Below, piece by piece: positions 28,783 through 35,850 of a stretch of 35,850 nt of DNA. The stretch lies in contig JBMTAF010000003.1 in assembly GCA_049428425.1 (NCBI GenBank), forward strand, positions 1 through 35,850. Reading direction: 5' to 3'. The number at the start of each line of letters is the position of its first letter. Positions within the stretch are counted from its first letter, which is position 1. The position numbers were made by a program, and so were the translations under genes. The notes under the pieces were generated by a model, which saw only the letters and a program-made list of their open reading frames with translations, did not search any database and was not told the DNA's origin. This DNA is from Candidatus Nanopelagicales bacterium (GTDB lineage Bacteria > Actinomycetota > Actinomycetes > S36-B12 > UBA5976).

Positions 28783-30020
28783 TAACTGCGAATTGCAACG
28801 CAAACATTATGGCCACCAAATCCAAATGAATTATTAAGTGCTAGCACTTCATCTTCAGTGATTAAGCGGTGTTGATTATGCACCACATCCAGCTCCACCC
28901 GAGAGTCAAAATCTGTAATGTTGATTGTGCGTGGGATCTGTTTGTTTACTAAACTCAAAATCGTCAAAATTGATTCAATCGCACCAGCGCCACCCAACGT
29001 GTGGCCAATTGATGATTTTGGCGCAGTCACGGCGATCTGATCAGTATGCGAACCAAATGCTCGTCTCACCGCAGCAGCTTCAGCAATATCGCCAAGCGGA
29101 GTTGAGGTGGCATGGGCATTCAGATGTCGGACATCAGTAATGCTGGCACCGGCATTTTCAACTGCCGCCAACATGGCTCTGGCAGCACCAGCACCATCTG
29201 GATCTGGGGCTGCGATGTGGTGGGCATCTGAAGTCATGCCAAAGCCAGCAATTTCCGCATAGATTTTGGCATTTCGTGCGGTTGCATGCTCTAGTCGCTC
29301 GAGCACTAGCGCACCGGCACCTTCACTCATAACAAAGCCATCTCTACCGGTGTCGTATGGCCGGGATGCCGTTGCTGGATCATCATTTCTAGTTGACATC
29401 GCGCGCATTGCAGCAAAAGCTGCCATGGCTAAGCGATTGATTACCGCTTCAGTTCCGCCAACTACAACTACATCTGCTCGGTTATCACGAATCATTTGCG
29501 TGCCCCAGGCGATAGCTTCGGCAGAGGTTGCACATGCTGAAACTGGGGCATGCGCGCCAGCTTTTGCACCAATTTCTAATTCAATTAATGCGGCAGCCGC
29601 ATTTGGCATAATCATCGGCACGGTTAGTGGATTTACTCGATCTGGCCCGCGCTCAGCCAATATCTCCATCTGTTGCATCACAGTTGATAAGCCGCCAATG
29701 CCAGTGCCAAATGCAACGCCCAGACGAATTGGATCAACTTCTGCTAACACGTTGGCATCGGCTACTGCTTGCTTAGCTGCAATTACTGCAAATTGGGTTG
29801 AGCGGTCCATTCGCCGAGCCGCCACTTTGTCTAATACTGCTGATAAATCAGCATCAATTGCTCCCGCTACTTGGGAGCTGATATCAGCAGCCCATTCCTC
29901 ATGCAGTGCGCGCACACCCGACTTACCAGCTAGCACTGCTTGCCATGTGGTGGCAACATCAATACCTAGCGGTGTTACTAGTCCTAAACCAGTTACGACA
30001 ACTCGAGTGTGCGCGCTCAT
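28779..30020 (-). CDS. fabF: Beta-ketoacyl-ACP synthase II
   Basis: RVVVTGLG, SACAT active Cys, RDGFV.SEG, NAHATST, KSSIGHTLG, NSFGFGGHN. Confidence 0.97.
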   Translation of the reverse strand: MSAHTRVVVTGLGLVTPLGIDVATTWQAVLAGKSGVRALHEEWAADISSQVAGAIDADLSAVLDKVAARRMDRSTQFAVIAAKQAVADANVLAEVDPIRLGVAFGTGIGGLSTVMQQMEILAERGPDRVNPLTVPMIMPNAAAALIELEIGAKAGAHAPVSACATSAEAIAWGTQMIRDNRADVVVVGGTEAVINRLAMAAFAAMRAMSTRNDDPATASRPYDTGRDGFVMSEGAGALVLERLEHATARNAKIYAEIAGFGMTSDAHHIAAPDPDGAGAARAMLAAVENAGASITDVRHLNAHATSTPLGDIAEAAAVRRAFGSHTDQIAVTAPKSSIGHTLGGAGAIESILTILSLVNKQIPRTINITDFDSRVELDVVHNQHRLITEDEVLALNNSFGFGGHNVCVAIRSY

Positions 30021-30031
30021 AAATTCTGCAA

Positions 30032-30271
30032 TTAAGAGGACTTCACAATGAAGTTAACTGCGTCACCAACGGTGCGAAGATTCTTGACTTCCTCATCTGG
30101 AATTTTCACGCCGAACTTATCTTCAGCGGCCATTACAACTTCAACCATTGATAGCGAATCAACCTCTAGATCGTCGGTGAACGACTTATCCATTGCAACT
30201 TGATCAGCAGCAACTCCGGCAACTTCATCCAGAATTGCAGCCATCTCGCGCATTACCTCTTCTGCGGTCAT
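30032..30271 (-). CDS. acpP: Acyl carrier protein
   Basis: DDLEVDSLSMVEV phosphopantetheine site; acidic 79-aa protein. ATG 30271 is preceded by AAAGGATGGAAAG. Confidence 0.97.
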   Translation of the reverse strand: MTAEEVMREMAAILDEVAGVAADQVAMDKSFTDDLEVDSLSMVEVVMAAEDKFGVKIPDEEVKNLRTVGDAVNFIVKSS

Positions 30272-30314
30272 CAGCTTTCCATCCTTTAGGCCCAACTTTT
30301 CAATTGAGCGATTG

Positions 30315-31316
30315 TTAGGGCAACGCCACCACTTGAGCGGCGTAAGTAAGCCCAGCACCAAAGCCTAAAAGCAAGGCTGGAGCGCCAGACGGGGCTCTGC
30401 CCTCGCTGCGTAAGGCATGCAGCGCGAGCGGAACAGTTGCGGCAGTGGTGTTGCCGCTTTCCCGAATGTCTCTGGCAATTGCCACAGTATCGGGAAAATC
30501 TAAGGCTTTCACAATAGCGTCTGTAATTCGATTATTTGCTTGATGTGGGACGAATGCCGCCAAATCTTTTGGCTCTAATCCAGCAGCAGTAAGGGCACGC
30601 TGGGTCACGCCAACCATCTCTGACACCGCCCAGCGAAATACTTGCTGGCCAGCCATTCGCAGGGTTGGCGGTTCAGGGACTTTACCGCTGCGAAAATCGA
30701 ACCAGGTAGAGGTCATCGAGATGGCATCTGACTGCGATCCATCAGAACCAAAAACAATCGGCCCAAAACCATTGAAGTCAGCCGGACCTACCACCATGGC
30801 ACCAGCACCATCACCAAAAATAAAAGCGCTACCGCGATCAGTAAAGTCCAACACATCAGTCATTCGCTCAGCGCCAATAACCAGCGCATACTCCACGCTG
30901 CCAGATTTCACCATATCAGCAGCGGTGCTTAAAGCGTAAACAAAGCCAGCACAAGCCGCACCAATATCAAATGCGCCTGGATCTGGAATACCAAGTTTGC
31001 TCGCCACGGTTGGTGCAACAGCTGGGAACTGAACTGGATTAGTTAGTGTCGCAACCAACACCACCCCGATCTGATCGGGTTTAACTTTTGCATCTTCTAA
31101 CGCATCAGCAGCCGCAAGCACTGCCATTTCTTCTAATGATTCGTGCTCGCTGGCAAATCTTCTGGTTTCAATTCCAGTTCGTTGTTGTATCCATTCGTCG
31201 CTGGAATCAATCATTGGTGCAATTTCATCGTTAGTAACCACTCGAAATGGTCGGTATGCGCCTATGCCCATGATTTTTGCGCCAACTCTGGCCGGTGCGC
31301 TTTTTATTGTAATCAT
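30315..31316 (-). CDS. fabH: Beta-ketoacyl-ACP synthase III
   Basis: DSSDEWI..RTGI, AACAGF, FGDGAGA, PHQAN, GNT (Cys-His-Asn triad), GFGAGL. Confidence 0.97.
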   Translation of the reverse strand: MITIKSAPARVGAKIMGIGAYRPFRVVTNDEIAPMIDSSDEWIQQRTGIETRRFASEHESLEEMAVLAAADALEDAKVKPDQIGVVLVATLTNPVQFPAVAPTVASKLGIPDPGAFDIGAACAGFVYALSTAADMVKSGSVEYALVIGAERMTDVLDFTDRGSAFIFGDGAGAMVVGPADFNGFGPIVFGSDGSQSDAISMTSTWFDFRSGKVPEPPTLRMAGQQVFRWAVSEMVGVTQRALTAAGLEPKDLAAFVPHQANNRITDAIVKALDFPDTVAIARDIRESGNTTAATVPLALHALRSEGRAPSGAPALLLGFGAGLTYAAQVVALP

Positions 31317-32251
31317 GCGGCTCGCCGTTGATGAGTAAGAATAAATTCTTTAGCTTCGGCTAGATCTGCTGGCGACTTGATTGCAAAAGTTTGTACGTCA
31401 TCGAATTCTCGTTTTGCGATATTTGTCAGCGTTCCACCTGGTGCTAACTCAACTATGCCAGTAACCCCAAGTCGCTGCATGCTCTTTTGACATAAATCCC
31501 ATCTAACTGGATTGCTAACTTGATTGACAATTCGAGCTATCGCATCGGTGCCGGTATCAACAATTGCACCATCACTATTGCTAAGCAGTGTTATTTCTGG
31601 ATCGGTAATGGCAACTTCAATTGCGGCTCCGCGTAACGCTTCAACTGCAGACGCCATGTATTGAGTGTGAAAAGCGCCGGCAACCGAGAGTGGTCGTAGC
31701 CTGGTTCGCTCTGGTGGATTTTCAGCAAGTTTTGCCAGCGCTTCTAAACTTCCGGCTGCAATTATTTGACCAGCGCCATTAACGTTGGCCGCAACTAAAT
31801 CTAAGTTGGCTAAATGTTCTATTACCTCAGCCGGATCGCCACCCAGCACTGCGGTCATCGAAGTTGGGGTGACTGCAGCAGAGAGCGCCATTGCTCTGCC
31901 GCGCACTCCAACTAAAGACATGGCTGCTTCATCATTAATCACACCGCTGATGGCAGCAGCTGCTAACTCGCCAACAGAGTGACCTGCAACTAGATGAACT
32001 TGTCGAAGTAGATCTAGTCGTTCCGGGAAAATGGCTTTTATGCTCAGCAGTGAGTTAGCCACTAGTAAAGCTTGGGCAATTGCAGTGTCTCGAATGGTTT
32101 CGGCATCGGATTTGGTGCCATGAAGCAGTAGATCCACTTTGCTGGCAGCTGACCAATCGGCAAGCAATTCGGCTACGCCAGGGAGCTCCAGCCACGGCGA
32201 AAGCATTTCTGGAGTTTGAGCGCCCTGACCTGGGGCTACCACGCACAACAT
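31313..32251 (-). CDS. fabD: Malonyl-CoA:ACP transacylase
   Basis: PGQGAQ, GHSVGE, AFHT, PVRWD. ATG 32251 is preferred over GTG 32260. Confidence 0.96.
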   Translation of the reverse strand: MLCVVAPGQGAQTPEMLSPWLELPGVAELLADWSAASKVDLLLHGTKSDAETIRDTAIAQALLVANSLLSIKAIFPERLDLLRQVHLVAGHSVGELAAAAISGVINDEAAMSLVGVRGRAMALSAAVTPTSMTAVLGGDPAEVIEHLANLDLVAANVNGAGQIIAAGSLEALAKLAENPPERTRLRPLSVAGAFHTQYMASAVEALRGAAIEVAITDPEITLLSNSDGAIVDTGTDAIARIVNQVSNPVRWDLCQKSMQRLGVTGIVELAPGGTLTNIAKREFDDVQTFAIKSPADLAEAKEFILTHQRRAA

Positions 32252-32258
32252 TTGTCCC

Positions 32259-32292
32259 ACCGTACTTCATTACTCACGGGTTGACCCGGTGA
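32259..32292 (-). promoter_or_regulatory. fabD promoter region: -10 TACGGT, pseudo-palindrome AACC-cgtg-AGTA and a small inverted repeat
   Basis: Minus-strand TACGGT (32259-32264) is 7 nt before ATG. The 12-mer lies at 32271-32282. Inverted repeat TCACGGG-TTGA-CCCG(G)TGA at 32274-32292. Confidence 0.5.
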
Positions 32293-32314
32293 ATCGGGGC
32301 TCAATTGTGAAAAA

Positions 32315-35050
32315 TCAGCCTGATCCCTCAGTATTTCCGGCATCTGCCGCCTTGGGATCGCTTAGCTTGTATTCGGCCAGCGCCTTAGTTACCTGGTCCG
32401 CCGAAATGCTGCCATTGGTCGCTAACGCGGTTAGGGCCTGGGTCACGATGGACTCGGCATCTACTAAGAAGTGGCGGCGAAGTGCGCCGCGAGTATCGCT
32501 CATGCCCCAACCATCAGTTCCTAGTGAATAGAAGTCCTGCTTAACCCATTGCCTGATCTGATCTGGCACCTGTCGCATGTAATCACTAACCGCAACGATC
32601 GGCCCAATTGCTGAGGCCAGCTGCTGGGTTACGAATGGAACTTTTGGCGTGGCACTTGGATTCAAGAAGTTTTCGCGATCAACTGCTAACCCATCTCGGC
32701 GAAGCTCTGACCAAGATGTGACTGACCAGATCTCCGCTTGCACATTCCATTTCTCATTCAGAATCTGTTGGGCCTTAATTGCCCATGGTAGTGAAATACC
32801 TGATGCCAAGATTGAGATCTTTGGTCCGTTGCCTTCAGGAGCTGGTTTGAATTTATATATACCCTTTAACAAGCCAGCTACATCTAAGTTTTCAGGTTCT
32901 GCTGGTTGATCAATTGGTTCGTTATAAACCGTGAAGTAATAGAAGATGTTCTCTGGGTTCTCGCCATACATTCGCTTGAGGCCATCTTTAACAATATGTG
33001 CAATCTCAAAACCGAACGCTGGGTCATAAATCATGGCCGCAGGATTAGTTGCTGCAAGTATTGGAGAGTGACCATCTTGATGCTGTAGCCCTTCGCCGTT
33101 AAGTGTGGTGCGACCAGCAGTTGCGCCCAGAATAAATCCGCGAGCCATCTGATCTAGCGCTACCCAGAATTGATCGCCAGTTCGCTGGAAGCCAAACATG
33201 GAATAGAAAACATAAACTGGAATCATCGGCTCATCGTGAGTGGCATAGGAACTGCCTGCAGCTAACCAAGACGACATGGCGCCGGCCTCAGTAATTCCTT
33301 CCTCAAGTACTTGACCAGATTCACTTTCTTTATAGGAGAGGAATAGCTCGCGGTCAACTGAGGTGTAGCGCTGACCGTGCGGTGAATAAACCTTGTGTGA
33401 AGTGAACAACGAATCCATACCGAAAGTGCGTGCTTCATCTGGCACGATCGGAACGAATCTAGGTCCCATTCCTTCTTCTTTAAGTAACTCTTTTAGAAGT
33501 CGAACAAATGCCATCGTTGATGCCACTTGCTGATTACCAGAACCGCGGCGAGAAAATTCAAATGCCTTCTCGCTCGGCTGCGGCAGTGGCTTTGCCACGG
33601 TGCGTCGGCTTGGGAGATATCCACCAAGTGCGCGGCGACGTTCATGCAGATACTGCATCTCATCGGAATCTTCACTTGGCTTGTAATAAGGCGGTAGATA
33701 TTTATCCAGTGCTGCGTCCGCAATTGGAATTTGAAGTCGATCTCTGAATCCTTTTAGATCGTCCTCGGTTAGCTTCTTCATCTGGTGCGTTGCATTTCGA
33801 CCTTCAAAACTCTGACCCAAGGTGTAACCCTTAATTGTCTTCACCAAAATTACCGTTGGCTGACCTTTATGTTCGGTTGCAGCCTTGTATGCAGCATATA
33901 GTTTTCGATAGTCATGGCCACCGCGCTTCAGATTCCAGATGTCATCATCGCTCCAGTTAGCAACTAGCGCAGCAGTTCTCGGGTCGCGACCAAAGAAGTT
34001 TGCTCGGACATATGCTCCATCTTCTGCTTTGTAGGTTTGGAAGTCACCATCTGGAGTTCGATTCATCAATTCAATCAGTGCGCCATCAGTATCTGCCGCA
34101 AGCAGCGGATCCCATTCGCGGCCCCAAATAACTTTGATCACATTCCAACCAGCACCACGGAAGATTGCCTCAAGCTCTTGGATAATCTTGTTATTACCAC
34201 GAACTGGACCATCAAGTCGCTGCAAATTACAGTTGATTACAAAAGTTAAGTTATCTAAATCTTCTCTGGCGGCTAATCGAATTGCACCAGTTGATTCTGG
34301 TTCATCCATTTCACCATCACCCAGAAATGCCCAGACTTGCTGATCACTGGTGTCTTTTATTCCACGGTTATGAAGATAGCGATTAAATCGAGCTTGATAA
34401 ATTGCATGAAGTGGACCAAGTCCCATTGATACGGTTGGGAACTCCCAAAAATCTGGCATCAATCTTGGATGTGGGTAAGAAGGTAATCCATTTGGCGATT
34501 GCGATAACTCTTGTCTAAAGCCATCCATCTGCGCTTCAGTAAGTCGACCTTCAACAAAACCCCGCGCATACATACCAGGAGAGGCGTGACCTTGATAAAA
34601 AATTTGATCGCCACCGCCTGGATGATTCTTGCCACGGAAGAAGTGGTTGTAGCCAACTTCATAAAGTGAAGCACTTGATGCGTAAGTTGAGATATGACCG
34701 CCTGCGCCAACTCCAGGCCGCTGTGCGCGATGCACCATGATTGCCGCATTCCATCGCATCAATCGACGAATCTTTTTTTCTAATGTTTCATCGCCAGGAA
34801 ATTCAGGTTCCATCTCTGGCGAGATGGTGTTGATGTAATCGGTAGAGCGAACTAGTGGCAAACCAATGTTGCGCTCAGCTGAATGTCGCAGCATGGAAAG
34901 CATGAGTTGGTTTGCGCGTTGAGTTCCCTTGGTATCGATAACGCCATCTAGGGATTCCAGCCACTCGCCAGTCTCCTCGGGATCGGTGTCGACATACTGG
35001 GTGGGAATTCCGCCGGGCAACATCGCCTCTTGCTCTAATTCTGCGCTCAC
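32315..35050 (-). CDS. aceE: Pyruvate dehydrogenase E1 component, homodimeric type
   Basis: [36 protein letters not shown] motif GDGEMDEPE...[20 protein letters not shown]; SD GAGAGGA. Confidence 0.98.
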   Translation of the reverse strand: MSAELEQEAMLPGGIPTQYVDTDPEETGEWLESLDGVIDTKGTQRANQLMLSMLRHSAERNIGLPLVRSTDYINTISPEMEPEFPGDETLEKKIRRLMRWNAAIMVHRAQRPGVGAGGHISTYASSASLYEVGYNHFFRGKNHPGGGDQIFYQGHASPGMYARGFVEGRLTEAQMDGFRQELSQSPNGLPSYPHPRLMPDFWEFPTVSMGLGPLHAIYQARFNRYLHNRGIKDTSDQQVWAFLGDGEMDEPESTGAIRLAAREDLDNLTFVINCNLQRLDGPVRGNNKIIQELEAIFRGAGWNVIKVIWGREWDPLLAADTDGALIELMNRTPDGDFQTYKAEDGAYVRANFFGRDPRTAALVANWSDDDIWNLKRGGHDYRKLYAAYKAATEHKGQPTVILVKTIKGYTLGQSFEGRNATHQMKKLTEDDLKGFRDRLQIPIADAALDKYLPPYYKPSEDSDEMQYLHERRRALGGYLPSRRTVAKPLPQPSEKAFEFSRRGSGNQQVASTMAFVRLLKELLKEEGMGPRFVPIVPDEARTFGMDSLFTSHKVYSPHGQRYTSVDRELFLSYKESESGQVLEEGITEAGAMSSWLAAGSSYATHDEPMIPVYVFYSMFGFQRTGDQFWVALDQMARGFILGATAGRTTLNGEGLQHQDGHSPILAATNPAAMIYDPAFGFEIAHIVKDGLKRMYGENPENIFYYFTVYNEPIDQPAEPENLDVAGLLKGIYKFKPAPEGNGPKISILASGISLPWAIKAQQILNEKWNVQAEIWSVTSWSELRRDGLAVDRENFLNPSATPKVPFVTQQLASAIGPIVAVSDYMRQVPDQIRQWVKQDFYSLGTDGWGMSDTRGALRRHFLVDAESIVTQALTALATNGSISADQVTKALAEYKLSDPKAADAGNTEGSG

Positions 35051-35198
35051 AATTTCCTCTCAAGATTTACCGCCCTATTCTCGCCTATTCGTGGGGGGAA
35101 TGGCACCCCGATGGGTGTCTGACTTGCCACATCCGCCTACCCAGTCTTGACTTCTCCCACTGACCCATATCCAGTGGGCAAAACCAGAAGGAGATTAG

Positions 35199-35618
35199 GT
35201 GGCCTCCAGCGCTGAGAGCGCAGCAGCATTAGCTGCCCGCCTCGGGGTGGTCCCAGGCTTGGTAGTGCAAGAACTTGGCTGGGATGAAGATAGTGATGAG
35301 CAACTTCGCGCTGCAATTGCAGCTGCGATCGACGGCGAGTTAGTTGATGCCGACTTTGACGATGTAGTCGATATGGTTTTATTTTGGTTTCGTGACGGTG
35401 ACGACGATCTAGTAGAAGCGTTAATGGATGCAATTCATCCACTTACCGATCAAGGCGTAATTTGGTTGTTAACCCCAAAACCTGGTCGCACTGGATTTGT
35501 CGAACCTGAAGAAATTACGGAAGCAGCACCATCTGCTGGATTGCAGGCAACCAGCACAATTAGCGCCGCACCAAATTGGCAGGGCACTAGACTGGTAGCT
35601 CCAAAAGCAAAACGATAG
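35199..35618 (+). CDS. DUF3052 domain-containing protein
   Basis: [30 protein letters not shown]; divergent from aceE as is usual in actinomycetes; SD AAGGAG. Confidence 0.9.
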   Translation: MASSAESAAALAARLGVVPGLVVQELGWDEDSDEQLRAAIAAAIDGELVDADFDDVVDMVLFWFRDGDDDLVEALMDAIHPLTDQGVIWLLTPKPGRTGFVEPEEITEAAPSAGLQATSTISAAPNWQGTRLVAPKAKR

Positions 35619-35626
35619 GAACTTTG

Positions 35627-35850
35627 ATGACTTTAAAAGTTGGAGATCTAGCACCTGATTTCACCTTGACCGCATCCAACGGCCAAAAGGTTTCACTTTC
35701 GGATTATCGCGGAAAGAATGTTTTGGTCTTCTTCTTTCCGTTCGCCTTTACTGGTATCTGCACCGGTGAAGTTTGTGCGCTTCGCGACAACATGCCAGCA
35801 GCATCAAGTGATGCTGTAGTACTTGGTATTTCCTGCGATTCGCCATACAC
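35627..35850 (+). CDS. Peroxiredoxin (AhpE/AhpC-TSA family), 3'-truncated by the window edge; absent from the ORF track
   Basis: Hand translation: [54 protein letters not shown]...LGISCDSPY, containing the PxxxTxxC peroxidatic motif. Confidence 0.93.
   Translation, partial: MTLKVGDLAPDFTLTASNGQKVSLSDYRGKNVLVFFFPFAFTGICTGEVCALRDNMPAASSDAVVLGISCDSPY

Noticed and set aside
29266-30051. 261-aa plus-strand ORF antisense to fabF
   Set aside because: Codon-register shadow of fabF; Ala/Ser/Pro/Thr-rich with no motif or RBS.
28779-32251. Type II polyketide synthase cluster
   Set aside because: No chain-length factor, cyclase or tailoring genes; the order fabD-fabH-acpP-fabF is primary fatty-acid synthesis.
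1-35850. tRNA/rRNA genes, CRISPR arrays, IS elements, prophage or frameshifted pseudogenes
   Set aside because: No spacer exceeds about 150 nt or shows a tRNA cloverleaf. I saw no repeat arrays or transposase/integrase motifs, and all core genes appear uninterrupted.

Overview
Densely packed housekeeping region of a streamlined, moderately low-GC actinomycete (class Actinomycetes, inferred from gene content and synteny). Gene order: partial leuS, comEA-comEC-holA, rpsT(-), lepA, acyl-CoA synthetase, hemW, hrcA-dnaJ-rsmE-HIT, phoH-ybeY-CorC/hemolysin-like-EamA-era, AI-2E(-), recO-uppS-ABM-PRTase-like, glyQS-dusB-YdcF-dgt, dnaG-hypothetical, a minus-strand aceE-fabD-fabH-acpP-fabF block, DUF3052 and a partial AhpE-type peroxiredoxin. 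I found no tRNA, rRNA, CRISPR array, mobile element or obvious defence system, and no new multi-gene system. The most interesting signals are regulatory or compositional. (1) GC-rich patches centre on predicted promoters while many gene interiors are AT-rich; the comEA promoter is the AT-rich exception. (2) The FasR-type regulator is missing before fabD, and a candidate TACT-N4-AGTA operator sits at nearly the same promoter position at fabD and the acyl-CoA synthetase. (3) phoH probably starts at CTG. (4) A perfect DnaA-box 9-mer lies inside an inverted repeat before comEA. (5) There is a half-degenerate CIRCE, a structured rpsT leader, several leaderless genes and a minimised PRTase-fold protein. 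All coordinates and GC counts were read by hand.
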